Source: an archaeon
GTDB taxonomy: Archaea; Iainarchaeota; Iainarchaeia; Iainarchaeales; 1-14-0-10-31-34
Assembly: GCA_043819075.1 (NCBI GenBank)
Contig: JBDRFE010000059.1
Coordinates: forward strand, 1 to 41,106
Length of the DNA: 41,106 bases
Direction of reading: 5' to 3'
Below are positions 18,724 through 28,145 of the stretch, piece by piece. The notes below the pieces were generated by a model. It did no database searches. It was given only the letters and a program-made list of their open reading frames with translations, and was not told the DNA's origin. Numbering within the stretch: position 1 is the first letter of the stretch; each line of letters opens with the position of its first letter. Made by a program: the position numbers and the translations under genes.

Positions 18724-20406
18724 ATGATTAAAGCAGTTATTTTTGATTTGGATGACACTTTGTTTGACTGTTCCAGTTTGCTTGTGGCTAATGCAAGAAA
18801 GCGTGCTGCCAAAGCATTAGCTGAAGCAGGAATTAACCTTTCCGAAAAACAGCTGGTTGAAGAGCAAAAAAAACTGAATGAATTAAATCCGACTTCAAAT
18901 GTTTTTGACTTGATTGCAGAAAAATTTCTTTCAGAGGAAAAAGCAAAAGATGCAGTGAAAAAAGCATTGGAAGCGTATAATTCTGATGTAGTTGAAGAAA
19001 TCCATTTATTTGACGGCGCAAGAGAAATGCTTGAATCCCTTAAAGAAAAAAAAATAAAATTAATTCTCATTACCTCTGGAATAACCAGAAGGCAGCAGAA
19101 AAAAATCGAGTTACTGAATTTAAGGTCTTTAATGGATGAAATCTTTATTCATGACATTGAGACTGGCCCTGACAAAGAAAAATTTTTTGTTGAAGCATTA
19201 AAGCGTTTTAATTTGAAGCCATCAGAGGTTGTTTCTGTCGGCGACAGGATTCACTCTGAAATCAGGATTGCAAATAAAATGGGAATGAATTCTGTCAGGC
19301 TATTGCATGGAAGATTCTCTAAAGTAAAGCCAAAAAATGTTTTAGAGGAAGCAGATTATTCAGTTAAATTCATTTCAGAGCTGCCTGAAGCAATTAATGC
19401 ATTAGAAAAAAAGAACGGCAACTCTGAGTTAAAAATTGTTGCAGTCGGAGGAGGAACCGGGCTTCCAATTTTATTGAATGGCCTGAAAAATTATACAAAA
19501 AAAATCACTGCAATTGTGACTGTAATGGATTCTGGGAGAAGCTCCGGAAAGTTAAGGCATGATTTAGGTGTTCTTCCGCCCGGAGACATCAGGAACTGCC
19601 TTGTTGCTTTAAGCGATTCAGAGGAATTAATGAAAGAATTGTTTCAGTACAGGTTTGAAGGAAAACACGAATTAAACGGGCATTCTTTTGGAAATTTGTT
19701 TATTGCGGCTTTAACCAAGCTCAAAGGAAACTTTGAGTTAGCTTTAAAAGAAACATCAAAGATTCTTGCAATAAAAGGGAAAGTTGTTCCTTCAACTTTA
19801 GATGACGTTAACTTGTGCGCTGAACTTGAAAACGGGAAAATAATTACAGGAGAATTTAATGTAAGGAAAGCCGATGCAAAAATCAATAGAATGTTTTTGT
19901 CTCCTGAGCCAAAAGCTTTTATTGAAGCAGTTAATTCTATTCTTGAAGCAGATGCAGTTGTCCTTGCTCCTGGAAGCTTTTATACAAGCATTATCCCGAA
20001 TCTTTTGGTTAAAGAACTTAACTCTGCTTTGCGGGAAACAAAAGCAAAAAAGTTTTTTGTTTTAAATATTGTCACCCAGCAGGACCAGACCCCAAACTTT
20101 AAGGCATCAGATTACCTGAATGCATTAAATGAAGTGCTTCCATTGGAGTTCATTGATTTTGTTGTAGTCAATAATTCTGTTCCAAAAAAAAGGGTTCTTG
20201 ATTTATATGAAAAAGAAAATTCTTTTTTGGTTGAAGATGATTTAAATCAGGAAAAATTAAATGGAACAAAAATAATTAAGGCTGATTTGATTGAGTTAAT
20301 TGATCCTGAAAAAAAACGTGTTTTATGGGAAAAAGTTGATTTGCTCAGGCATGATCCGAAAAAACTGGCTGAAACCATTTTAAAAGAAATGAGCAACAGG
20401 CACTAA
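18724..20406 (+). CDS. HAD hydrolase fused to a YvcK/GlmR (CofD-like) domain
   Basis: FDLDDTL and VGDRIHSEI (HAD); VGGGTGL, DSGRSSG, PPGDIRNC, GHSFGNL, PGSFYTSIIPNL, RHDPKKLA (YvcK). Confidence 0.9.
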   Translation: MIKAVIFDLDDTLFDCSSLLVANARKRAAKALAEAGINLSEKQLVEEQKKLNELNPTSNVFDLIAEKFLSEEKAKDAVKKALEAYNSDVVEEIHLFDGAREMLESLKEKKIKLILITSGITRRQQKKIELLNLRSLMDEIFIHDIETGPDKEKFFVEALKRFNLKPSEVVSVGDRIHSEIRIANKMGMNSVRLLHGRFSKVKPKNVLEEADYSVKFISELPEAINALEKKNGNSELKIVAVGGGTGLPILLNGLKNYTKKITAIVTVMDSGRSSGKLRHDLGVLPPGDIRNCLVALSDSEELMKELFQYRFEGKHELNGHSFGNLFIAALTKLKGNFELALKETSKILAIKGKVVPSTLDDVNLCAELENGKIITGEFNVRKADAKINRMFLSPEPKAFIEAVNSILEADAVVLAPGSFYTSIIPNLLVKELNSALRETKAKKFFVLNIVTQQDQTPNFKASDYLNALNEVLPLEFIDFVVVNNSVPKKRVLDLYEKENSFLVEDDLNQEKLNGTKIIKADLIELIDPEKKRVLWEKVDLLRHDPKKLAETILKEMSNRH

Positions 20407-20453
20407 TATATATTTATTCAGCGTTAATTGTTATTAATTTTTTGGGGAATCAC

Positions 20454-21413
20454 ATGCTGTTGATTGATTTTATTTTCATTGTTTTTGGTTTTGTTTTTCT
20501 TGTTGTGAGTGCAAATTTTGCAATCAAAAGAGTTATAAGAATTTCAAGGTGGCTTGGGTTTTCAGAATATATTGTCAGTTTTATTGCAGTCGGAGTGATT
20601 GCAGTCCTGCCGGAGTTCATGATTGGAATTAATTCTGCTTTAGAGAATACATCTTCTTTTGGCCTTGGAGTGATTTTTGGTGCCAATATTGCTGATTTAA
20701 CCCTGATTATCGGCATCATGGCTTTTTTTGCCCCTGCGGTAAAAATGCGCGATAAAGTCATAAAAAAAGCAGGTTTTATGCTGTTATTGATTTCACTTCC
20801 TGTAGTATTTTTGCTTGACGGAGAAATATCCAGATTTGATGGAATAATCCTTTTATTGTGTTTTTTGTTTTATGTTTTTAAGATTGTCACTTCAGAGCAC
20901 CCGCTTAACAAAGAATTTGCGGCAAAAGAAAAAATCAATATTGGTTTTGAAATCATTGTGCTTTTTTTTGCTTTAGCTGTGTTGTTTGCCTCAAGTTTTT
21001 TTATTACTGAAGGCGCAAAGTCTTTAAGCGAGTTTCTGGCTTTTCCTGTTTTTTTTATCGGCATAATCCTTGCAGTTGGCACATGCCTGCCTGAACTAAT
21101 TTTTTCAACCCAGGCTTCAAACAAAAGCCATATTGAGTTAGGTTTTGGGGATATTTTGGGGAATGTTTTTGCTGACTGCACTTTAACTATCGGAGTTATT
21201 TCTATTTTGTCTCCCATTCGGCCTGTGCAAAACAATCTGGCTGTGGCAAGCGGGGCTTTCATGATTGTGGCTTTTTTAGTTATCATTTTTTTGTTTAACC
21301 AGAAAAAAGAAATTTCCAAGAGAATTGGCATCAGCCTGATTTTTCTTTACATCTTTTTTTTGCTGGCACAGTTTGTTGTTGAGAGCCTGATACTGGCTGG
21401 AGCTGCAGCGTAA
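20454..21413 (+). CDS. Ca2+/cation (Na+/Ca2+) antiporter, YrbG-like
   Basis: Alpha repeats AVLPE...GANIAD and GTCLPE...GDILGNV. Confidence 0.88.
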   Translation: MLLIDFIFIVFGFVFLVVSANFAIKRVIRISRWLGFSEYIVSFIAVGVIAVLPEFMIGINSALENTSSFGLGVIFGANIADLTLIIGIMAFFAPAVKMRDKVIKKAGFMLLLISLPVVFLLDGEISRFDGIILLLCFLFYVFKIVTSEHPLNKEFAAKEKINIGFEIIVLFFALAVLFASSFFITEGAKSLSEFLAFPVFFIGIILAVGTCLPELIFSTQASNKSHIELGFGDILGNVFADCTLTIGVISILSPIRPVQNNLAVASGAFMIVAFLVIIFLFNQKKEISKRIGISLIFLYIFFLLAQFVVESLILAGAAA

Positions 21414-21435
21414 TTCATTCACTGAAGCCGAAAAT

Positions 21436-21520
21436 AAACGCGTTTTTATGGGAAAAAGTTGACTTGCTCAGACATGATCCGAAAAAGCTTGCTGAAACAA
21501 TAATTGAAGCAGTGAAATGA
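21436..21520 (+). pseudogene. Orphan duplicate of the 3' end of the HAD-YvcK gene
   Basis: Encodes LWEKVDLLRHDPKKLAETIIEAVK*; matches 20314-20375 with mostly synonymous changes. Confidence 0.85.
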
Positions 21521-21522
21521 AT

Positions 21523-22020
21523 TTATTGAATTGCTTTTATCTTATTTTCAATTTTTTTTGAAAGTTTTTGATTGCTTATTTTTAGCAGTTCTAGGATTCT
21601 CCTTTCTTTTCCAGAAAGTGTGTTTCCTTCGGTTAAAACAGAATCAACCGCTACAAATTCTCTTGTTAAAGCCGCGCGCATTTCCTTAAAAGCTGTTTTT
21701 GTTTCCGGAGATTTTGGGCCATAAATTTGTGAAGCTTCAATTACTTTTGTTGCAGTGCCTGCTGTTTCTTCCAGTCTGTTATTTAATCTGGGTTCTTTTT
21801 TTAATAAACTTTCTTCGTTTTTTATTAAGCCTTCAACAAACGCTGTAACTAACCCTTCTTTTTCTGCTTTAAAATAAACACTTTTTCTTAAAGCCGTTTC
21901 AACTTTGCTTGAAGACACCCGGTCCAATACAAACAGATTCCTTGCGGTTCTTCTGGCGCTTCTTATACCCCTTTTTTTAAATGCTTCTGTTCTCGGTTTC
22001 TTCCAAATCTTTTTAGGCAA
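21523..22020 (-). CDS. Hypothetical protein with basic N-terminus
   Basis: TTG start right after the ATPase stop; 165 aa. Confidence 0.65.
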   Translation of the reverse strand: MPKKIWKKPRTEAFKKRGIRSARRTARNLFVLDRVSSSKVETALRKSVYFKAEKEGLVTAFVEGLIKNEESLLKKEPRLNNRLEETAGTATKVIEASQIYGPKSPETKTAFKEMRAALTREFVAVDSVLTEGNTLSGKERRILELLKISNQKLSKKIENKIKAIQ

Positions 22021-25000
22021 TTAAATTACCTGCCCGGTTACTGCATCTATTTTCAGTGTTCTTTCTTTTCCGTTTTCTTCGAGTGAAACATAATACACCG
22101 GCCTGAAAACTCTGCTGGTTTTTTTTACAACAGAATTAGGCCAGAATCCTTTAATCATTTCATTCACTTCTTCAGAGGAAAACTTTTCTTTAATTGAATT
22201 GCTGATTAAGTTTTCCGAAAAACTGCAGTTGTTCACTGAACTAACTATTTTATGCCTTAAAGTGAAAGGCAAATCTATTTCTGTATCCAAAGAATACTGC
22301 ATTTTCCCTTCTTTTTTTTCTTTTTTAATAAACCCTTTTTCTGCGAGAACTGAAATAATTTTTCTTGCTTTTTCTTCCGGAATATCATGGTTTTTTTCTG
22401 ATATTTCTTTCAGGGTTTTTTTCTGCAATAAATTCTTTAACACAACTGATTCGCTTTTGTTTAACGAGCCTGTTTTACTGAAGCCCTTTGATTCAATGAA
22501 TTCTTTTCCGTTAAAATGCAGCAACTCTCCTGTTATTGCATTCACATAACAGTCAACTGAAACAAATTCTCTTTTTAAGTCAAAATCATTTAAGCTGATT
22601 TTGTATACTGCTTCATAGTTTAACATTATTCCTTTGATTCTTTCCTCTGAACCGAATACCCCAAAACTCTTTTTTTTTCTGTTCTTGCCTGCAATCTTTC
22701 TTGCGCTTTCTTCATCAATTTTTAATGCAATAGTTAATTCTTTTCCAACTGCTTTCTGCGGTTCTTCTACTGCTTGTTTTGCTTTTATTTCCTGTTCTTT
22801 TAACCCTAATTCAACTTCTTTTTCGTATTTTTCTTCTTCTGTTTCAATTTCTTCTTCTGGTTTTTTTGTTCCTTCAATTCCTTTGATGAAAACCCTTTCA
22901 GCTTCAATTACTGCTCCTCTTTCTTCTAATGCATCTAATACGCTTGAAAGCATTACCTTGCTTTTGTATTTTCCGTTCAATGAATCAACTAAAACATTCA
23001 CTTTATTCATTTCAATTGGCTCTTGTTCTAATTTTTTCCAAATCATTTCTTCTGCAAGTTTTGTTACTTGTTCTTCTGAAACACTTTCTTTTGATTCAGA
23101 GGTTTCTGCATCTCTTCCCTCGTGTTGTGACATTCTTGGCCTGATATTCATTATAAAAGCCCTTGAAGTTTCTTCTCTTCTGTCTGCCACTAAAGCTGTT
23201 CCAACTGAAAGAGTTCTGATAAAAGAGCTTTTCTTGTATCTTAAGGGAACAATTGATGGAATCCTCTTGAATATTGCTTTTATGTCGTCATCAAATACAA
23301 GTTTGTGTGACACTAAAATATCAAGCTGGCTTAACACTCTTGTGTCAATTGCTGAAGGCTGTTGTGTTGCAAAAACAAGTGAACATCCAGGCCTTCTTCC
23401 TTGTTTAACGTATTCAACTAAAGCTGATGTGGCAGGAGTCTTTACATTTCCTGAAGGAATTAAAGTGTGTGCTTCATCTATGAACAGCCAGGTTGGCGGC
23501 ACATCTAATTCAAGTATTTCATCAATGTTTTTCTTGAATTTTTTTGCTGCTTCTTTTCTTGTTGAAATCTTTCTTGCAGACAAAAGCCTTCTTGCAATTA
23601 TTCCAATAACTAATGCTGTCACATCGTCTTCTAAAAAGCTTGTGTCTAATACAGTTAACTGGTTTTCCCTGCTTAATTCGCCTAAGGGAGTGCCTTTGTC
23701 TGAAAAAATTCCCCAGCTTTTTGCTGCCTCAAACCTTGAAACTAATGCTCGAATTGAATCCTGTTTGTAGCCGCGTTCCCTTGAATTCAGTTCTTCATCT
23801 TTTTCCAGGCAGTAAACCATCTCGTTTAAAGAATAATTTTTTTTTGCTTTAATGTATTTGTTTTCTGCTTTAAACCCGTGCTCTAATTTTTTTAATACCT
23901 TGCTTAACAGCAATCCTGATGGGCCAAATCTTTCCATTCCAAAAGTTAAACACCAGTCTTCTGCTGTCAGCAATGAAGGCTGGATTGAAAAAGTTGCATC
24001 ATAAGTCGATTTTGGCACCTCTGATTTAATGCCTTCTGGAATGAATACTTTGAGTGTGTCTAATCCCTGGGGCATTAAATTCCATTCAGATAATCTTGAA
24101 ACTTCGTTGACTTCTTTGTTTGGAAACCTCATTGACCAGAAAACTCCAATCGGGTCAATTACTATTATTCCTACGTCCTTGTTTTTCATTGAAAGCTCTT
24201 CAGCTAATACTCCTAAAACATAACTTTTTCCTGACCCTCTTGCACCGCATACAAAAACCACGTGAGGATTCAATGAATCAAGGAAAACGCTTTTTTGCGG
24301 AAAATTTTCTTCGCTTACTTTTCCCATAAACAAGGATGCTTTTTCCCTGTATTTTTCAAAAACACTTTTTTTTCTTCCAATGAATGCATTGCCTGTTTGT
24401 TCGTCTTCAAGGAAAGCCAGCTTGATTGAAGTTGTTTGTTCTGGTTCAAGCGCTATTGTTTTTTCTCCGCCTAAAGTATGTTTTTCTTCCCCTGAATAAT
24501 ATTCTATTCCATCAATGTCTTCTTCATCTAATGCTTCGTCAAATTCTTCTTCAGAATAAATTTTTGCGTTCTCAATTATTTTTTTCTTTATTTCTTGTTT
24601 TTCTGGGAGTTCTTCTTCTAGTTCATCTTTTTCTGATTCATTTAAAAGGTTTTTTTCTTTTTGTGTTAACTCTTTTTTCTCGTAAACTGATTTATTTTTT
24701 GTTTTTCTTTTTTTCTTCCCTGTTTTTTCTTTTTCTTTTGTTTCCGCGCTTTCTTCTGTTTCATCTGATTCAGTTTCTCTTGTTGTTTCTTCTGGATCAT
24801 TTTCTGCTTCTGCTTTAACTGTATTTTTTTTTGCTTTTCCGGCATTCTTTTTTTCCGGTTTTTTTTCTTCTGTTTCACTGCTTTCTGTTTTTTTTTCCTG
24901 TTTTTCTTCTGTTTCACTGTTTTTTGTTTCTTTTTCTTCTTCAATTACCTTATTTTCTTCAAATATTTCTTCTTCTTCGTGTTTTTCTGTTTTTCCTTCA

Positions 25001-25113
25001 AATACTTCGTCAAAAATATCAATGTCTTCTTTTACAATGCTTTTTTTTATTCTTTCCCCTGTAACCGGCCTGGGCTGTTCTTCTCCCATGCCTTGGTTTT
25101 CTTCTTCTTTCAT
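22021..25113 (-). CDS. HerA/FtsK-like (DUF87) P-loop ATPase with acidic disordered N-terminus
   Basis: GARGSGKS, IVIDPIG, LFIDEAH, GRRPG, FATQQP. Confidence 0.88.
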   Translation of the reverse strand: MKEEENQGMGEEQPRPVTGERIKKSIVKEDIDIFDEVFEGKTEKHEEEEIFEENKVIEEEKETKNSETEEKQEKKTESSETEEKKPEKKNAGKAKKNTVKAEAENDPEETTRETESDETEESAETKEKEKTGKKKRKTKNKSVYEKKELTQKEKNLLNESEKDELEEELPEKQEIKKKIIENAKIYSEEEFDEALDEEDIDGIEYYSGEEKHTLGGEKTIALEPEQTTSIKLAFLEDEQTGNAFIGRKKSVFEKYREKASLFMGKVSEENFPQKSVFLDSLNPHVVFVCGARGSGKSYVLGVLAEELSMKNKDVGIIVIDPIGVFWSMRFPNKEVNEVSRLSEWNLMPQGLDTLKVFIPEGIKSEVPKSTYDATFSIQPSLLTAEDWCLTFGMERFGPSGLLLSKVLKKLEHGFKAENKYIKAKKNYSLNEMVYCLEKDEELNSRERGYKQDSIRALVSRFEAAKSWGIFSDKGTPLGELSRENQLTVLDTSFLEDDVTALVIGIIARRLLSARKISTRKEAAKKFKKNIDEILELDVPPTWLFIDEAHTLIPSGNVKTPATSALVEYVKQGRRPGCSLVFATQQPSAIDTRVLSQLDILVSHKLVFDDDIKAIFKRIPSIVPLRYKKSSFIRTLSVGTALVADRREETSRAFIMNIRPRMSQHEGRDAETSESKESVSEEQVTKLAEEMIWKKLEQEPIEMNKVNVLVDSLNGKYKSKVMLSSVLDALEERGAVIEAERVFIKGIEGTKKPEEEIETEEEKYEKEVELGLKEQEIKAKQAVEEPQKAVGKELTIALKIDEESARKIAGKNRKKKSFGVFGSEERIKGIMLNYEAVYKISLNDFDLKREFVSVDCYVNAITGELLHFNGKEFIESKGFSKTGSLNKSESVVLKNLLQKKTLKEISEKNHDIPEEKARKIISVLAEKGFIKKEKKEGKMQYSLDTEIDLPFTLRHKIVSSVNNCSFSENLISNSIKEKFSSEEVNEMIKGFWPNSVVKKTSRVFRPVYYVSLEENGKERTLKIDAVTGQVI

Positions 25114-25214
25114 TTAATCCTCTTTAGGAATATAAGCTCAAGGTTATATTAAAATATCCCTTTTTTTTTGCTTAAAGCAGTAATGTTTTAATTCTTGAAC
25201 TCCTTTATCTTTTG

Positions 25215-25676
25215 ATGGAATTAAAGAAAAAAGCCAAAGAAAAATTAAAGGGTTTAATTCCTTCAAAGCACATGGCTAAATGGAAGTTAGTTGCTGAAGG
25301 CTCTCTTGCAGTTATTATGGTTGTCGGGGTGTTTGAGATAGCCCATTACTTTTTTCATGTTAGTTTTTCAGCGCAATTTCTTGTTGCACTGGAAATAATT
25401 GATTATTCAGCTGTATTCATTTTAGCAGTTGACTTATTCAACCACTATCTTATTTCCCCTAACAAGCCAAAGTTCATGAAAAACAAGTTTGTTTACATTC
25501 TTTCTTTTATTCCATACTTAATTTTTCATAAAGCAATGGGAGTGATTTATATTTTAAAGCCTGTTTTTACCGGAATAGCAAAAATAATCAAGCTGGTTTC
25601 CCATTCAGATGACATCAAGGAAAGAATTGACGATGTTTCAGAAAAAGTTTCTGGAAAAGAAAAAAAAGAAAAATAA
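25215..25676 (+). CDS. Membrane protein resembling ion-channel S1-S3 segments
   Basis: IDYSAVFILAVDL...KPKFMKNKFVYILSFIP; no pore motif. Confidence 0.6.
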   Translation: MELKKKAKEKLKGLIPSKHMAKWKLVAEGSLAVIMVVGVFEIAHYFFHVSFSAQFLVALEIIDYSAVFILAVDLFNHYLISPNKPKFMKNKFVYILSFIPYLIFHKAMGVIYILKPVFTGIAKIIKLVSHSDDIKERIDDVSEKVSGKEKKEK

Positions 25677-25682
25677 TTTTTT

Positions 25683-27161
25683 TTACTTTAATTTCTTCAG
25701 GTATTCTGCTGTCAGCCTTACACCAAACCCTGTTGCGCCTTTAGGGCAGTACTCTGATTCTTTTTCGTGATTGAATGCTGTCGGTGCAATATCCAAGTGA
25801 ATCCAGTCAGTTTCGCCGACAAATTCTTTTAAGAATGCTGCAGCAGAACTCGTTCCCCCAAACCTGTTTTTGCTTGAATTCTTTAAATCAGATATTTCTC
25901 CTTTAATGTCTTCAGAAAACTCTTTATACAATGGAAGCATCCACACTCTTTCAAATGACTCATTTCCTGCTTCAAGCATTTCCTTGTATAATTCTTCTTT
26001 GTTTGTAAGCAAACAAGCAGCATAGCCTCCGGTTATATACAATGCAAGGCCTGTTAAAGTAGCATAATCTATTACTTTTTTTGGCTTGAATTTTTTTACT
26101 CCAAAAGCAAGTGCATCAGCTAAAACAAGCCTTCCTTCTGCATCAGTGTTGCCTATTTCAACTGTTTTTCCGTTGAATGCCTTGAAAATGTCTCCAGGCT
26201 TGTATGCCTTGCTTCCAATAGCGTTTTCAGCTAAAGCCATTATTCCAACCAAATTTTTTTTCAGCTTTAATTCTTTTGCTGTCTTCATTACAGCCAAAAC
26301 AACTGCAGAGCCAGCCATATCTTCTTTCATTGTTTCCATATAGCCTGTTGGCTTTAAGTTTAATCCCCCTGAATCAAATGTAATTCCTTTTCCGACAAGC
26401 ATTATTGGCTTTTCTTTTTTTCCTGCACCAGAATACTCTATTACAACAATTCTGGGCTTTTCTGTTGCTCCCTCGCCTACAGCAAGAATTAATCCTGCCT
26501 TCATTTTTTCAAGCTGTTTTGGTTCAATTACACTGCATTTAATTCCGGCTTTTTTGCAGATTTCTTTTGCTTTTAATGCAAGCAGCCTTGGATTCTTGTC
26601 TTTTGCGTTCTCGTTAACCAAATCCCTTACAAGATTGACATTCAATGCAATTACTTCTTTTTCCTTCACTGACTGCTCTGATTCAACAGTTTTTTTTGCC
26701 GCAAAAAAAACTTTTTTTATTTTAGTTTCTTTTTCTTCAGGTTTTTCAGGTTCAGACTTATATTTGCTGAAAGAATAATCAGCCATAACCGATACTTCAC
26801 TTACCGCTTCAAGCCAGTCATTTTCCTTAAACTTTGATTTAAACAAAAAAGCAATTTCACTTATTTTTTTTGCTTTTGCCGCTTTAACAAGCAAGCCAAC
26901 AGCCTTTCTAATGTCTTCTTTTTCTAATTCTTTTTCTTCGCCTAATCCAACCAAAGACAGTTTTTTTGCCTTCAACCCTTTTGGAAGGACAATTAATGCA
27001 CTCTGGTTTTTGTCTGCCTTAAAAGCATCACTTTTTTCTGCAATGCCAATAAATTCTTTTAACAATCCGTTTTTTTCTTTTTTTAAAGCTTCTTTGCTGT
27101 AACAAACAAATAGAACCCCGCATTCAATGTTTTCAAGATTCTGCTCAAACACAAACTGCAT
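25683..27161 (-). CDS. pepA: Leucyl aminopeptidase (M17)
   Basis: VGKGITFDSGG, MKEDMAG, NTDAEGRLVLAD. Confidence 0.96.
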   Translation of the reverse strand: MQFVFEQNLENIECGVLFVCYSKEALKKEKNGLLKEFIGIAEKSDAFKADKNQSALIVLPKGLKAKKLSLVGLGEEKELEKEDIRKAVGLLVKAAKAKKISEIAFLFKSKFKENDWLEAVSEVSVMADYSFSKYKSEPEKPEEKETKIKKVFFAAKKTVESEQSVKEKEVIALNVNLVRDLVNENAKDKNPRLLALKAKEICKKAGIKCSVIEPKQLEKMKAGLILAVGEGATEKPRIVVIEYSGAGKKEKPIMLVGKGITFDSGGLNLKPTGYMETMKEDMAGSAVVLAVMKTAKELKLKKNLVGIMALAENAIGSKAYKPGDIFKAFNGKTVEIGNTDAEGRLVLADALAFGVKKFKPKKVIDYATLTGLALYITGGYAACLLTNKEELYKEMLEAGNESFERVWMLPLYKEFSEDIKGEISDLKNSSKNRFGGTSSAAAFLKEFVGETDWIHLDIAPTAFNHEKESEYCPKGATGFGVRLTAEYLKKLK

Positions 27162-27242
27162 TAAATATCACTCTCACAAAATACACTAAATATTAAAGGG
27201 GATTTAAATTTAAATGGTTTTGTGTGTTTAACTTTATTTAAA

Positions 27243-27390
27243 GGGCCCATAGTGCAATGGTAACACATTCCCTTCGCACCAACTGCCACTGTCAGTTGAC
27301 ACCAGCGCACGACTTCGCTGCGCTCAGTCCTGCTGTAGTTGCTTTATGCGAATCAGGGAAAGACTGCGGGTTCGATTCCCGCTGGGTCCA
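27243..27390 (+). tRNA. tRNA-Ala(CGC) with 76-nt intron (27279-27354)
   Basis: Acceptor GGGCCCA/TGGGTCC with G3:U70, anticodon stem TTCCC/GGGAA, loop TT-CGC-A|A, BHB helix TTCG/CGAA with CAC and TCA bulges. Confidence 0.95.
27280..27325 (+). repeat. Palindrome module, copy B (tRNA-Ala intron; second half degenerate)
   Basis: CAACTGCCACTGTCAGTTG ACACCAGC GCACGACTTCG... Confidence 0.85.
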
Positions 27391-27435
27391 AACTGCCACT
27401 GTCAGTTTACACCAGTGCACGACCTTCGGTCGAGC
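27390..27435 (+). repeat. Palindrome module, copy C (tRNA-Ala 3' trailer)
   Basis: AAACTGCCACTGTCAGTTT ACACCAGT GCACGACCTTCGGTCGAGC. Confidence 0.85.
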
Positions 27436-27497
27436 TGCTTTCAGGCGATAAAGCTTACACAAAACTCTTTTAATTTCCTTGTGTTTTTATCTTATTT

Positions 27498-28145
27498 ATG
27501 CCTGTAAAAGTTTTTCCTTCACTGCTTGCAGCGGATTTCTCTGAATTAGAAAAAGAATTAAAGAAACTGGAAAAAGCCGGTGCAGACGGAATACACTTGG
27601 ATATAATGGATGGAAAATATGTTCCAAACATTTCTTTCGGCTTTCCAGTAATAAAATCTTTTTACAAAAAAACTTTTCTTCCATTAGACATGCATTTAAT
27701 GATTGAAAACCCAGAAAAATTCGTTGACAGGTTCCTTGAATTCAATCCAAGTTATTTAAGCTTTCATTTAGAGGCAGCAGAAAATCCTGAAAAATTAATT
27801 CAAAAAATAAAGGCAAAACACTGCAAGGCAGGATTAGCTGTTAATGCAGGAATTGAAGTTGAAACAGTTTTTCCTTTCCTTCACTTAATTGACTTTGTCT
27901 TGATAATGACTGTTGAAGCAGGTTTTGGGGGGCAAAAATTTATTGAAGAAAACACTGAAAAAATAAAGAAACTTGCTGCACTAAGAAAAGAAAAAAACCT
28001 TTTGTTTGAAATAGAAGCTGACGGCGGCATTAACCCTGAAAACTCAAAAAAACTGACTTCTTTTGGCGCAGGCATTATTGTAAGCGGTTCAGCAGTATTT
28101 AATTCTGGTTCTTTTTCTGATACAATAAAAAAGTTAAGGCTTTAG
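27498..28145 (+). CDS. rpe: Ribulose-phosphate 3-epimerase
   Basis: PSLLAADF, HLDIMDG, DMHLMI, MTVEAGFGGQ, DGGIN. Confidence 0.96.
   Translation: MPVKVFPSLLAADFSELEKELKKLEKAGADGIHLDIMDGKYVPNISFGFPVIKSFYKKTFLPLDMHLMIENPEKFVDRFLEFNPSYLSFHLEAAENPEKLIQKIKAKHCKAGLAVNAGIEVETVFPFLHLIDFVLIMTVEAGFGGQKFIEENTEKIKKLAALRKEKNLLFEIEADGGINPENSKKLTSFGAGIIVSGSAVFNSGSFSDTIKKLRL

Noticed and set aside
27243..27390. Reading this tRNA as Arg(TCG)
   Set aside because: The TTCCC/GGGAA stem places CGC at 34-36, and G3:U70 is the Ala identity element
27390..27447. tRNA trailer as a theta/HDV-like ribozyme
   Set aside because: Could not fit the nested P1-P2-P3-P1.1 topology by eye, and the same module occurs reversed in leaders; not excluded without a motif search
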